Assembly: GCF_000485595.1 (NCBI RefSeq)
Contig: NW_014577071.1
Location: 447,213 to 511,212, forward strand
Reading direction: 5' to 3'
Origin: Priapulus caudatus
Taxonomy: Eukaryota
Length of the DNA: 64,000 nt
Positions 11,284 to 23,792 of the stretch are shown here, piece after piece. How positions within the stretch are numbered: position 1 is the stretch's first letter; the number at the start of each line of letters is the position of its first letter. A program made the position numbers and the translations under genes. Below the pieces are notes generated by a model, which saw nothing but the letters and a program-made list of their open reading frames with translations, made no database searches and was not told the DNA's origin.

Positions 11284-12836
11284 ATATTATGTTACACACA
11301 CTTCACATGCCTGACATATGCGTTCTCTGTTTGGCTTCCCGGTAGATGGCAGAGCGAGCGTTATACGCTTGCATCACGCGAGGTTATCATTTCATTGTAC
11401 TGCTACTACCAGGCAAACCAACTAATAATCTTCTTGTTTTCCACGATTAAAAGAAATATCTTCATGGCTACATTAATTAGATTATCCACCGCTACTGTTT
11501 ATATTAGTATATGCTGCAGTGCTACACGTTTTTGTTACACTGGTGTAATATTTTCGAGTGGCTCTGGCGTCTATCTATTGCTGATGTGTGCGTCCGCGTT
11601 TCTCGGTTCCCTGACCAACCGTGTTCAGCGAATGCGTATAAATAAATGTATATGAACAATATTTGTTACTGAAGGGTTGGTTGTAATGATTCACGCCCTA
11701 GACTAGGTAATACACTACGACCCAATATATTTCACGAGAATGTGGATGTAGGAATTCTACCTACACATTTCCAGTAGCAACCAGGCATTACTATAGCAGC
11801 TGCCGTGGGATTGATTCTCACTTTAGACATGGACTCTGAACCACCACCTGGCAATTCTACTCAGAGATCGAGCGATTGAGAGCTTCGGTGTATAACATCA
11901 TATGCAGTCATGCAATGGAGAATAATCGCCCGTGTTGTTGCTACAAACGCTTCTTTTTAGCTCATCTGACGTAGTCAGATGCAGCTTGTAGAATCGAATG
12001 ATAGTCCGTGGGTCCGGCCGCCCGTGCGTCCGTTCGTGCGTCAACAGTTGGGCACAAATCTTAACCGCTCGACGTACGGTCACGATATTCGGGACGTCGG
12101 AGGGGGATCGTGAAAAGGACTCGGCATGACAAATTTGGGGGTTAAGGGTCAAAGGTCAAGATGTGTAAACGGAGGGGAAATATTTACCCCTTAACTTAAG
12201 GTATAGGAGGAAATATGGAATTGCGGCACAAATGTTAACGGCTCGACCTATGCTCTTAATATTCGGTGTATAGTGTGATAGGCAGGAAACCCATCACCAG
12301 TGTGAAATTGGAGGTCATAGGGCAGTGGGGGAAAGGTCAGATATCAGACATTTTCTGAGGACATGGCCTAATGGACAGAGTGAAAAACTTTTTTATTTCA
12401 GCGCTGACCTACCATTTTTATCACTTTATTGAAAGGACCATGAAATGTGTTATAATTAATATTATTTAAAAAAAAAGGTTAGGGTTAGGGTTAGGGTCAC
12501 AATGCACCATAAAACAGGAGTTTCAGAAGAGAGAGAGAGAGAGAGAGAAAGAGATAATGCGAGAGAGAAAGGGAAGATTATCTCGTATAGATTGGCAATC
12601 AGTAACCTCTTTTATGTGGCTTCTATCTGCTTCTTTACCACAGAGACCCCCCCCCCCACACACACACATAGTAGCAGGCGTAAACATCGTGGGTTGCAAG
12701 CATAAGTCGCCCGCTCTCTCCCCCGCATAGCAAACACGACGCGACATCCTCATCGGAGTTTTCTATCTCCTCATCTCAGTTTTTCATCTCCTTATCCGAC
12801 TTTGCCTCCCCACGCGCATCGTCGTTCTTGTTGCAG

Positions 12837-13005
12837 GCTGTACTCCGACTACCTGTTCTTCAAGACTCAGAACGTATCCAGCGAGAGCTTCCATCGGCGA
12901 TGTGTCGACGCCGTGGCGATGATGAGCGAGTGTGAGGCAGCTCGTAGTTACCTGCTCAACAAGGAGTCGTGCGCGTATGACCGCCAGCTGCGCAAGGACA
13001 CGCAG
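12837..13005 (+). CDS. Orphan internal coding-like exon of an unidentified gene (LYSDYLFFKTQNVSSESFHRRCVDAVAMMSECEAARSYLLNKESCAYDRQLRKDTQ)
   Basis: Pyrimidine tract + ttgcag acceptor, CAG|gtaacg donor, 169 nt with an open frame and GC3-rich codons. No partner exons recognised. Confidence 0.55.
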
Positions 13006-13040
13006 GTAACGTACTAGTATAATATTCACCCAAAGAATAT

Positions 13041-13085
13041 CAAGAATCTATAATAGAAAAGAGAATTTTTTATTATGGACTCTTG
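13041..13085. mobile_element. CAAGAG-type hairpin footprint (TCC subfamily, diverged)
   Basis: caagaatctataatagaaaa...tttttattatggactcttg. Confidence 0.7.
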
Positions 13086-13183
13086 ATATATATAATTCCA
13101 ACGTACCATGGGTTACATTACGTTCAGCCCCAGCCACCAAAACGCGAGACGTCCCCTTTCAATAATTATGAACATGTATATAT

Positions 13184-13224
13184 CAAGAGTCCATAATATA
13201 CTATTTCTATATTATGGACTCTTG
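13184..13224. mobile_element. CAAGAG-type hairpin footprint, 17-bp arms + 7-bp filler
   Basis: caagagtccataatata-ctatttc-tatattatggactcttg within (AT)n; noisy copy at 34667-34709. Confidence 0.85.
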
Positions 13225-14603
13225 ATATATATAATCCCAACGTACCATGGGTTACATTACGTACAGCCCCAGCCACCAAAACGCTAGACGTCCCCTTTCA
13301 ATAATTATGAACATGCTCCCCCGCTGTGTGTTTCAGCCAAAGTACCATTAATGTCAAGATTTTACGCCTGCCCTTAGAAGTATTCGATGCATTTTAGTGA
13401 AAGCAGCTTTGTTGCGCCGCACGTGTGTAGCCGCTGCCGCCACAACGCCCGATCATCTGCCTTTTCGCGATCTTATCGTTCCGGGGCTAGCAGATTAGCG
13501 GTGTGGCGAGGTGGACGCATGGCGTTGTGTAGGCGACCGTGGTGGTAGTCGTAGTCGCACTACCGGCACTGTCGCCGCGAGCAGCCACAACACGGCAGTG
13601 TAAAGCGAGGACGCGCGTACGGCACGTCGCTTCAGAAGTTGTCGTCATCGTCGTTTTTTGTTGTGTGTAGAATAACCTGCAAAATGCTCATCGGTTCCGA
13701 CGCAGCGAATTAGCGGTTTTCGGTCGCGCTCGTATACGCTTACGTGCCCGCTATAAAAAGTCGTTATCCGTGAGAGTGTGAGTCGAAAAAAAAACTGCGC
13801 GCGCGCGAGGCACGTTCGTACACGCGCGTGTGAGCAACAAGTGATTAAAGAAAGATGTGCGGCGAAAATCGCTGGAGGAAACAAATAGGTGCCCTTCGCA
13901 TCGGTGTCTCACTGGTTGCTCACGGAGAGCGGGCGTGAGAGACAGAGAGTTGAGCGACGAGTGACGTATTCATCCCTCCGTACGCGGTCTGCGAATTCCA
14001 GCTCATTGTGTGCTGTGTAGAATGGTATCGCGCATGCGCACGGCGCATCGACGGCTGTGTACTGGACCTTGACATATCAACCAAACTGGGGACGACACGA
14101 ATATGTCTGTTGTTTTTATGTGGCAGTTCTGAGAAGCGAAATTTGCATCGAGCGAATATTTGAAGAGAAGGATAGTGCATCGTGAACGTCGTGTGTGTGG
14201 AACGTGTACGCATATGTTGAGCTGTGTTCAAAATGTGTTCCGCACAAATAGCAATGCGCAGGTAAGTCCCAGGTATATAGGGCTCCAGTTGGTGTTCTTA
14301 CTGTCTCATTAATGCAAATGATATTCAAACGGTGAGTTGTGTCGGCGAGTGATAATGTGGTAATGTGATAACATGATTGCTGTCTATTGGTATTGGTTCC
14401 GACGTAGACATTTAGGTTATCGATGCTTTATCTCGGAAACGTGGCCCAACACACTGTGCGCCATTGTCATTTATTGCACCTTATAAAAAGATATAAAATC
14501 CTGATTACAAGCACGACATCTAGCCTCAGCTATTATTCGAAAATCTTATTCAATAATAGGATGATGATTCAAAAGAATATATATATATATATATATATAT
14601 ATA

Positions 14604-14797
14604 CCTCGCAACTGAGTGATTTCCTCGCGTTTTCTTCACGCGATTATTCTCGTATACCCTAACAAAAATACAATAATGAAAGGTTTTCTCCCAACTATAC
14701 GGAACCGTTGAGCACCGAGTTCATTGCTATAACGGTTACGCTATATATTCCATGGCGCAATGTAGAATGTAGCTAGTTTCTAGTCACTCAGTTCCGC

Positions 14798-14799
<2 letters not shown>
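14604..14799. mobile_element. ~196-bp TA-flanked MITE between (TA)n tracts
   Basis: TIRs cctcgcaactgagtga / tcactcagttccgcgg (16 bp, 2 mismatches), with TA on both sides. Confidence 0.55.
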
Positions 14800-14858
<59 letters not shown>

Positions 14859-14896
14859 CAAGAGTAGATAATAACATGTGTTATTATCTACTCTTG
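14859..14896. mobile_element. CAAGAG-type hairpin footprint, 18-bp perfect arms
   Basis: caagagtagataataaca-tg-tgttattatctactcttg at the end of a (TA)n tract. Confidence 0.85.
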
Positions 14897-15730
14897 ATAT
14901 ATATATAAACCTTTCATTATTCTATTCATGTTGTCTTGTCTGAATAATCGCGTGAAGGGAACGCGTGGAAATTGCATTTATCACATTATATAGACTGACC
15001 CCGTAAGTCGTTGTGAACTGATTATAACCTATGGACTCGTGGGCCACGCAGGGGCTTTAGACGGTGGGGGTCAGTCTTATTACCATTAACGTCATGATGG
15101 TTACAACCAATAACCCGAAATGCATAGAGGCAAACGTTGTGAGGGGCGGCTAACAGGAGGAAAGAGTGTTTGCACTTTTTCTTAAAGAAGCGCGCGCGAG
15201 AGCACCTGTCGTCACTTGCCACGTCGGTTGCATAATAGCTCGTTACGGCGTCACGTGCTACAATGGCGGACGCGTGCGTCGATTTTGTTACCCCCCCCTT
15301 CCACTCCCACTTGTCGAGTGTTCATTCACACTCCGAGACTCCAGACGCGATTTTCAGATGGTTAGCGATCGGCATAATCGCACCTTTGTTCGTTGGAAAC
15401 GCGATTTCGCTATTTCGTTTTAAATAGTAACGGATTATGCGTGTGAGTGCATTCGGCACAGGTGAAGAATTACCTGTGGCGGAAAAAATGAGAGGATAGG
15501 ATCGAAGGACGGGCGCGGCGGCAGCGGTCTAGGCCTGTGAGTTACTGCTGGTACTACTGCTCGCTTTGTCGGGGGGACGAAAAACCCGCGTCTGTCGCTC
15601 GCCGCGTAGATGGCAGGAGGCGATTACGCAGGCAGTATAACCACGGCCGCTTGGAACGTGCCCATATAGCTTGTAACGTTTCGCGCTATCTTCCTGTGAG
15701 TTTGTGCACGGTGGCGTGCGTGCGGTGAGA

Positions 15731-15773
<43 letters not shown>

Positions 15774-17214
15774 TGACCTACCATTTTTATCACTTTATTG
15801 AAAGGACCATGAAATGTGCTTTCCACTGACGTGCGAAGAGTAAGTGTCTGATAACCTTTTGACCCTCAAGAGAAGGGTTAAACATGGATTCCTGAACTGC
15901 CTTAATGATGTCACAGTGTTCTCATATTGATGGCACATCCATAATCCAGAAATCCAATAAGCCTGGATAGCTGAACGGGTACAGCACAGGCGTCACGGCT
16001 CAAAGATCGTTTGATCGAATCTCATCAGATTTTTTATTATTTATCTGTTTTCTGTATTTTTCTATCTTTATCCATTTAACTTTTTTCCCAATTAATGCAA
16101 ATATTTACATGATTTATTTACAACAATTTAATAAGAACAAAGCATTTTTACAACAATTAATATTATTTAAAAAAAAAGGTTAGGGTTAGGGTTAGGGTCA
16201 CAATGCACCATAAAACAGGAGTTTCAGACACGCGATTTGTATCAACCAATGGGATTTGTGAGGTAGGTACGCAGAATGCAGAAGGTTGCTGAAATGATGT
16301 GTACGCAACTGCGTATCTGCATATCTGCGCCTAACAAAGGTGTCACTACGCACGACTTAAATGTTACGTTTATAACCGTAGCAACAGACCTCAGATGAGC
16401 CCAGACGCTCTGCGGCTCTTGTTCTGTAACGGACGCAAGACGTATGAATCATGATTGCAAACGCGTAAACTCACACACGTGGAACACACTCCAGCACCGC
16501 GTATCTTCTACGGAAATGCAGGAAACTGCACGTCTGCGAGGGAATGCTTGCTATATTCCTCTAGCGGCGTAGATTGAAAAGCACAGTTGCAAATAGCTCC
16601 AAGAAACGGTATTGCTAGGGTTAGAATACCGTTTCAAACCTTGGCTGCAGCTAAACACGTAGTTGTCTTATTTGCCAAGTATCGCCAAAGAACACTACAT
16701 CTGTGATATACCAAATGAATCAGTAAACGTCCACCTTCTTGTAACCATCAGTGCGCTACAATGCGCTGGGTACTTACGGGGTTACAGCGACTTTTTGAGA
16801 CGAATGCAACAAAATTTATGAATTCGCCGCCATGTTTGCTATCATTCCGACTGTGACTAAAATCCGTAATGGATCGAACAAAGGAAATTAAACGATCTGC
16901 GGTCCTCATGTAAACCACCCCAACATCCGAGAACATGTCATGTATAGACAATCCGTCGCACAGCCTGGTCGGGCTAAGTTGCAAATAGTAAAGACGAAAT
17001 CGTGACCAGTAACAGTTTCTAATGATAACACGCGGTGAATCAGGAGTAGATAACGAACGCATCTTACTTTTTTTTCTACTATGATTGCTTGTTTTAATAT
17101 TTGTGTTTCGTTATTAATCTCCTTCTGCACGAATGAACGTAACTAATGTGAATGGTTCTGCTGCTACACTAGATATTAGATTGCGTGCAGTGACGCACGC
17201 GCACGATCATTTAT

Positions 17215-17340
17215 ATACACACACCTACACGCACGCACACACACACACGTACAAGCACGCGCACGCACACACGTACAAGCACGCACGCACGCCACGCAAA
17301 AAGATACACACGACGACGCACGCAACGCACGCACGCACGA

Positions 17341-17424
<84 letters not shown>

Positions 17425-17453
17425 CAGCAAGCAAATACACACGACATTTATAT

Positions 17454-17517
<64 letters not shown>

Positions 17518-17635
17518 CACACACACAACACACAACACACACACACACACACACCACACACACACACACACACAGACACACACACACGCACACACACACA
17601 CACCACACACACACACAACGCCACACACACACAAC
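17215..17635. repeat. Compound (CACG)n/(CA)n microsatellite (redundant copy about 25688-26103)
   Basis: Directly visible. Confidence 0.95.
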
Positions 17636-19228
17636 TGCCGTGCCCGCGCGTACAATCGTACCTCATGCACCATACCCACGTCACCACGTGTATCATCCAG
17701 AGAGACATGATACCAGGAGATGATACAAGATTGCGTGGCACACGCTTGCTGTTGATTCTGAGCGCTGGCGCGCGCATGAGGCGCACAGTTCCGCGGGATA
17801 TGCGCACGCGACCACGGGGATGTTCAAGTATGAAGCGCTGTCCGCAGTGGAGACGTGCGCCACATTCGAGGCCCGGCGCACGTCTCCACAGCGGTCAGCG
17901 GATAGTCTGTAGCTTTAGAAGATAACAATGAAGACTTTGTTCTAAATAATAACTATCGGCGGCTAAATAAGAGCAATATATAGACCTTGAATTTCTTGAC
18001 TAGTCAGTCAGAGGGCTTGTTGTGGGTCCATTATGCAGAGGTTCCAATTGAAATGGCCCAATGAAATTGTCAAGTGGAATTGTGTTTTTCGGAACCCCAA
18101 AGAAAATGTTCCCCTTACATGGCACCCACTCCCTGATCAATCACGCATTCAGGCGTAAAACAATAACAGAGATGAAATTGTTTGAGTTTGTGGCTCTTGA
18201 CGCACGTGCATTGACGTACAAGACCGTTGAAAGACAGGCACTTGGAACGTCTCAATAAAAATAAATATTCACACAATTTTTCACAATGATTGACCGCCTG
18301 TGTGCAAAATAGGTGAACGTATGTGAAACATATACGGTTAGTACTTACTGTGACATATCGGTGACTAACTGACACCACCAAAATGTTCCATGCACCTTAA
18401 GAAATTCTGAGAAATTACGAGGTTATCATCGCAGAACTCCCCAACACCGCCCATCCTCATGTCACAAAGCTATGTGTAAACAAACACGCGTGTTGCGAAG
18501 TGCCTGCCTCCGATATCCATTTCAAGACCCGCTAAGCCAAGCACAAAGCGCGCGGGCAAGACGTCACAGACACAGCTACATTCATTGGCTAAAACAATCG
18601 AGTAGCGCGGTTAAGGATTTTCGGAATTATTTAATTTTAAGAAAAACTTCAATGTTCAATGAATGACGCACTTGTTCACTTCCGAAAGCTTCCAAAATGC
18701 CGAATTTTTCCACTTCGATGCGAAATGCATCGGCCGGGCATTTCATAGTTTACGAAAAGTAAACAGGCTGGCGAAAGACAGTAAGTACAGTAACGGGGCA
18801 CGTCGTTGACGCCCCATTCTTGCCCATCAACGAAGAAAGCGGGACTTATTCTGATTACGGAGATGCGAAAATGCTACAGAAGGACGTAGCGCAGTGCGCT
18901 AAACAGTGTGTTATTTTCGTATTTGTGGCAAACTCTATTGTAGGAAACCGTTCTAACATAGCAGAATGCCCTAGTTCCTAAGATCGGCGATTCGGTGGTC
19001 CAATGGGTCCCCATATTTAAAAATATCAAAGACTGGTGCGGCGTAGGGCTGTGATTGGAAGACAAACAAGTGTCAATCCTCGCGCGCCTCGGCATCATGG
19101 CCGCGTCACGTCTAGGTCGTGCAGTTTCTGAGCTGCGTCTCAATAGCTATGTACGCGTACGTTTCATCTTGTTGTTGTTTAACTCGGGGCATCGTGCAGT
19201 GACGTCACCAGGTGTGATCGACGTCCGC

Positions 19229-20331
19229 CAGGTATGACGTACGTATATATCAGGTATACCAGGTATGACGTACGTATATATCAGGTAATACCAGGTATGA
19301 CGTACGTATATATCAGTATACCAGGTATGAGTACGTTAATCATACAGCTATGTACCAGGTATGACGTACGTATATATCAGGTATACCAGTATGACGTACT
19401 ATATATCAGGTATACCATGCAGGTATGACGTACGTATATATCAGATATACCAGGTATGACGTACGTATATATCAGGTATACCAGGTATGACGTACGTATA
19501 TATCAGGTACACCAAGTATGACGTACGTATATATCAGGTATACCAGTATGGACGTACGTATACCATCAGGTAACCAGGTATGACGTACGTATATATCAGG
19601 TATACCAGGTATGACGTACGTATATATCAGGTATACCAGGTATGACGTACGTATATATCAGGTATACCATGCAGGTATGATACACGTATATATCAGGCTA
19701 TACCAGGTATGACGCTACGTATATATCAGGTATACCAGTATGACGTACGTATAATCAGGATACCAGGTTGACACACGTATATATTAGGTATACCAGGTAT
19801 GACGTACGTATATATCAGGTATACCAGGTATGACGTACGTATATATCAGGTATACCAGGTATGACGTACGTATATATCAGGTATACGCGTATGACCTACG
19901 TATATATCAGGTATACCAGGTATGACGTCCGTATATATCATGGTAACCAGTATGACGTACGTAATATCAGGTATACCGGTATGACGTACGTATACACATC
20001 AGGTAACCAGGTGTGACGTACGTATATATCAGGTATACCAGGTATGACGTACGTATATATCAGGTATACCAGGTATGACGTACGTATATATCAGGTATAA
20101 CAGGTATGACGTACGTATATATCAGGTATACCAGGTATGACGCACGTATATATCAGGTATACCAGGTATGACGTACGTATACATCAGGTATAACAGATAT
20201 GACGTACTACGTATATATGCACGAGTATACACAGGTATGACGTACGTATATATTCAGGTATACCAGGTATGACGTAGCGTATATATCAGGTATACCAGGT
20301 ATGACGCACGTATATAGTCAGGTATCCAGGT
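19229..20331 (+). repeat. 31-bp minisatellite caggtatgacgtacgtatatatcaggtatac (about 35 units, runs into N-gap)
   Basis: Period 31 (e.g. unit starts at 19451 and 19482). Confidence 0.95.
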
Positions 20332-20845
20332 NNNNNNNNNNNNNNNNNNNNNNNNNATCAATAACAAAGGTTAAGGACATTGAACCGTCTCATGAAAAAA
20401 CAAGTAAATCTATATTATACTGGCAACAAGAAGTCAGCCAAAGCAACTTGCGTCCTTGCATAGTGTTTGTAAACAGTAACGACGTACGAGTGTTCTAAGA
20501 CCATGCTTAGCTTCACTGTAGGCACTTGCTGTTACGCAAGCGAATACCAGGTGCGATTAAATTATTAATTGATTATTTATATTATATGCTAAATTGGTAT
20601 CCCTCACGCGATGAAAACATGATAAACGAGTCGGGAAGCACGTTTGAAATCCTACTATTAATTGGGTTTTCTGTGCAGCCTGGTGATCCAGAAACTGTAT
20701 AGCCGTTGAATGATGCCAGTGTGACACTGTACGTGTTGCTTTTACCTTTTTCTCCGTAAGTAGGTTGTATGGTACAGTCTAGTAGCAGAAGCTTCCTCAC
20801 ACTTACACTACAGTTTCGTGATGTGTGTTCTTTGTTTTTTTTCAG

Positions 20846-20937
20846 ATTGATGATGTTTATCGAACAAGGACAGTACTGAATCCGTCAGATTACTCTACAG
20901 ATATGCTTTCTATGTGGACAAGTATACGGTGGTTTAA
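20846..20937 (+). pseudogene. ARCN1: Frameshifted duplicate of ARCN1 exon 11 (probably redundant assembly rather than a true pseudogene)
   Basis: ttcag|attgatgatgtttatcgaacaaggacag...gtggtttaa with several 1-bp indels relative to 9099-9188. Confidence 0.6.
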
Positions 20938-23792
20938 GAGTCTGATGCACTTCAAACTAGAGCAATATTGTATACTATTATGAACTTAATTTGTAGTGAT
21001 TGAATAAATAGGGTAATCTTAGGAAACTTGCCATTCTCGCACAAACTCGCGTTATTTGTACAGGTTTAATGCAATGAGATATCAGATTAAATTAACTATT
21101 TTGATTCTGACTCAACAACTCTATTCACCCAAGTTTGCTGTTCAAAATATCAAGAATTTTCAAACGATGTGTTGCAGTTTAAAATAAAGAAATGCCTGAT
21201 AAATTGTTCTTAAATTTCAATGATAGTGTTAAAGTGTGCTTGATCTATTATGATATTTGTTCAATCACCATCATATCAATATTGTGATATTTCTTAACCA
21301 GCATTCATCAGACTCCGAGGTGTGTGTATGCTTGCCATGCACCTGCCCCATCAGGTTTTCGCCATGCTGGAGTGGCAAACGCAGTTACGTAAACTTATTT
21401 TTTATGGCCCCATGTTATCTCTTATGAAGCTTTATTCTAGTTACATTAATATCTACATTGAGTGGATATGACGCTAACAACGTTTGCCAGGCGGAACGAC
21501 CTACTTGACAGATGATGTACATGTAATACTACAATATCATCACGTAAACGTCATGTTGTGATAATTACATGGTGATGATTCAAGCTCAAAGAAGCTTATG
21601 TGGCCAAAGCTAAATGAGGTGATGATACAGCACATGTGCTTGCATATTTAAATATTTGTAGTACCCGTCAATAAAAATGTGTGTGTGTGAAATCGGAGGA
21701 AACCTTTCACAGATGGTAGAATTGATCACCATGGTAAATGTCAATTTCGTTAGCCACGATGAGTGGGAAAAATTCATTCGTACCAAGTGCTGTCGATTGT
21801 ACATGTTACAATGATTTGTTGTGAGAATTCTAACATCCTGACGAACAGCCCTATATCAAACCTATACTGCTTAATTAGGTTTATGCCGAACTTAGAATGA
21901 CAACTTTCAAAGGGATTTGGTTGACAAAAGCTTACGGCTACAATGGTTAATTAAATGATTAGAGATGAGTTGGAAATACCAAGGAAGGTTTATGTGGTTC
22001 CAGATTGCTCTGCGTGAAATTAGGCATAAGAAGATATGCAATTGCTTCTTCTGGTTAGCATGGATTGCTATGAAAACGTACGCGAATCGCATAGAATAAA
22101 GTAAGCATTACGTGAAGAGTACCTAGCCAGTGCCATCAGATAGCGCCATCTACATGCATCATGCGGGTACATACGTAGAACCCGACATTCTTCCAGCAAT
22201 TTATTGCATATTACACACGATCATTGCCGAGATCCGGCTTCCAAAAGTCATCTGAATATATAAATATTTTGCTGTACCATCGATGCAAGAAAGCATGCCA
22301 ATAATTTCAAATCTACACGACCCACACATTATGATACAAATATATTGTTGATATTGCTTGCTTTGTTGGTGTTTATGATGAACCAGTTACGAACGTGGTG
22401 AGGGCATTGGTGACATTTTGCTAGCCTATCATATTAACCTGCTGGGTAGCTCTAAGATGATTTCGTACACATATGAATTACAGGCCATTAGGTATACGAT
22501 AAGGAAGGTTATGATGGTTTGGTTGGGCCGAATTTGTAGATTGACAATGTATGCCTGTTATTCTTTTTTTTTTTTTTATTTTTTTTTTTTATGATGTAGG
22601 GCTACTTAAGAGTCGTGTTTTAGTATCTCAGGGGACTCTTAAATTGTTTTGTCATAAGCCACCCGGTATTAATATATTGCATTATATTGTTTGTATACGC
22701 ACTATGTATTTCCTTCTTTATTACATGGCCTAAAAAGTATAAAATTAGCCATATGACGATTGACATAAATTTAGCATTGTGTGTTTGACTAAAATACAAG
22801 TGACGTCTTCATACGAAATACAAATAATCTATAGAAACATGAACCATGACTTGTACTAGAGTTTTTGCATTGAATACTATATTTTGATGGATGAAGTATT
22901 GATAGTAAAGTAACAGTTGCATAACATTACAGAAATAAAGTATCAATCCAGTTGCAAACACTATATATTATATCTTGCAATGGTAATTCTTTCTGTTGAG
23001 CTTTCGCGTAACCAAATTATCATAATGAGCAAAGAATGTTATTTATTTGTCATTACTAAAGGTCATTTATAGTTATCTGACATGTCAGGGGTCAAATTAG
23101 TTTGTCATTATTCACTCCTGATATTATGTTACACACACTTCACATTGCCTGACATATGCTTCTCTGTTGGCTTCCCGGTTAGATGCAGAGCGACGCTTAT
23201 ACGCTTGCATCATGCGAGGTTATCATTTCATTGTACTGCTACTACCAGGCAAACAAACTATATACTCTTCTTGTTTTCCACGATTAAAGGAAATATCTTC
23301 ATTGCTACATTAATTAGATTATCCACCGCTACTGTTTATATTAGTATATGCTGCAGTGCCTACACGTTTTTGTATACACTGGTGTAATATTTTCGAGTGG
23401 CTCTGGCGTCTATCTATTGCTGATGTGTGCGTCCGCGTTTCTCGCGTTCCCTGACCAACCGTGTTCACGCGAATGCGTATTAAATAAATGATTATGAACA
23501 ATATTTGTTAGCTGAAGGTTGGTTGTAATGATTCACGCCCTAAACTAGGTAATACCTACGACCCAATATATTCGCAGAAAGTGATGTAGGATTCTACCTA
23601 CACATTTCCAGTAGCAACCAGGCATTACTATAGCAGCTGCCGTGGATTGATATCTCACTTTAGACATGCGACTCTGAACCACCACCTGGCAATTCTACTC
23701 AGAGATCGAGCGATTGAAGCTTCGGTGTATAACATCATATGCATTCATGCAATGGAGAATAATCGCCTCTGTTGTTGCCTACAACGCTCCTT

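Larger units (their letters stand above)
11957..16423 (+). mobile_element. Helentron/DINE-1-like non-autonomous element (HINE), interrupted by a ~3.3 kb block
   Basis: 5' ttttagctcatctgac-gta-gtcagatg palindrome, then (GTCC/GTGC)-like short repeats, aaaggtcaag and (TTAGGG)3; 3' sub-TIR tcagatgagc followed by ...gctcttgtt. This is the HINE layout I recall from molluscs and insects. Confidence 0.65.

Noticed and set aside
12477..12497. (TTAGGG)3 telomeric repeats (also about 16178 and 24647)
   Set aside because: Only three units, internal to the HINE-like element; not a telomere or fusion site.
17133..17925. His/Thr- and Cys/Val-rich ORFs (also 25618-26357, 31970-32621, 33398-34284)
   Set aside because: Translations of (CA)n and (CACG)n microsatellites.
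19229..20331. Array with CRISPR-like unit length
   Set aside because: Head-to-tail 31-bp units with no unique spacers, no cas genes, and a eukaryotic context.
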